This document shows, piece after piece, positions 63,676 to 64,000 of a stretch of DNA of 64,000 bases (positions are counted from its first letter, which is position 1; each line of letters opens with the position of its first letter). Origin of the DNA: Octopus sinensis (taxonomy: Eukaryota); NCBI RefSeq assembly GCF_006345805.1, contig NC_043003.1, forward strand, positions 93,062,001-93,126,000, given 5' to 3'. The notes under the pieces are model-generated. The model worked only from the letters and a program-made list of their open reading frames with translations, made no database searches and was not told the DNA's origin. Made by a program: the position numbers and the translations under genes.

Positions 63676-64000
63676 TATGCATGGAAAACAACTTTCTATT
63701 GCCCATACAAAAGACAGCTCTTTCCTATAAACATATATACCATACAGGAACATAGAATAAACCTTTGGCACGTATGGAGGACCATTTTAAAATCATATGG
63801 TGTAGATAATAAATCTAGTCTTTTTCTACAGGATGTCCAGCATTAGGCCCTCACCCGCTACGAATAGTCTATCATGCTATATATGTCCGCATATTTTCCA
63901 AGATCTGTTGTATATTTTGAAAATGAATGAATGAACTAATACGCATAAACGAATTCTTTTTATGTACTCGCAAACCTTTTCGATAGCAAATTTTTAAAGG

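Overview
Eukaryotic, AT-rich, microsatellite- and SINE-dense DNA, most likely octopus/coleoid cephalopod (inferred from the SINE and RTE families; not verified by search). The dominant gene is a classical-architecture calpain (CysPc protease + C2-like + penta-EF-hand) on the minus strand. I traced 18 phase-compatible GT-AG coding exons from 53818 down to the stop at 16363 (about 596 aa), with an intact catalytic triad (GNCW, GHAY, RNPWG), a U12-type intron and a 16-nt micro-exon. Its N-terminal exons were not found in the window. The left end holds a defective mariner, two identical convergent tRNA-Ser(GCT) genes, two MITEs, a 2.7-kb 10-bp satellite punctuated by nine copies of a 50-bp double-hairpin island, an RTE LINE fragment and a solo LTR. 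The most interesting non-coding signal is a set of hammerhead-ribozyme-like motifs in repeats. One family (10979-11049, 12278-12350, partial at 39415) has all core hammerhead strands in a non-circularly permuted, pseudoknotted order. A second family inserted at a calpain splice donor and duplicated it; its core is intact in the antisense copy and mutated in both sense copies. There are also two (AT)n-centred inverted duplications (47.25-47.9 kb and a 1.19-kb near-perfect palindrome at 62.4-63.6 kb). All coordinates and pairings were read by eye; no searches or folding programs were run.
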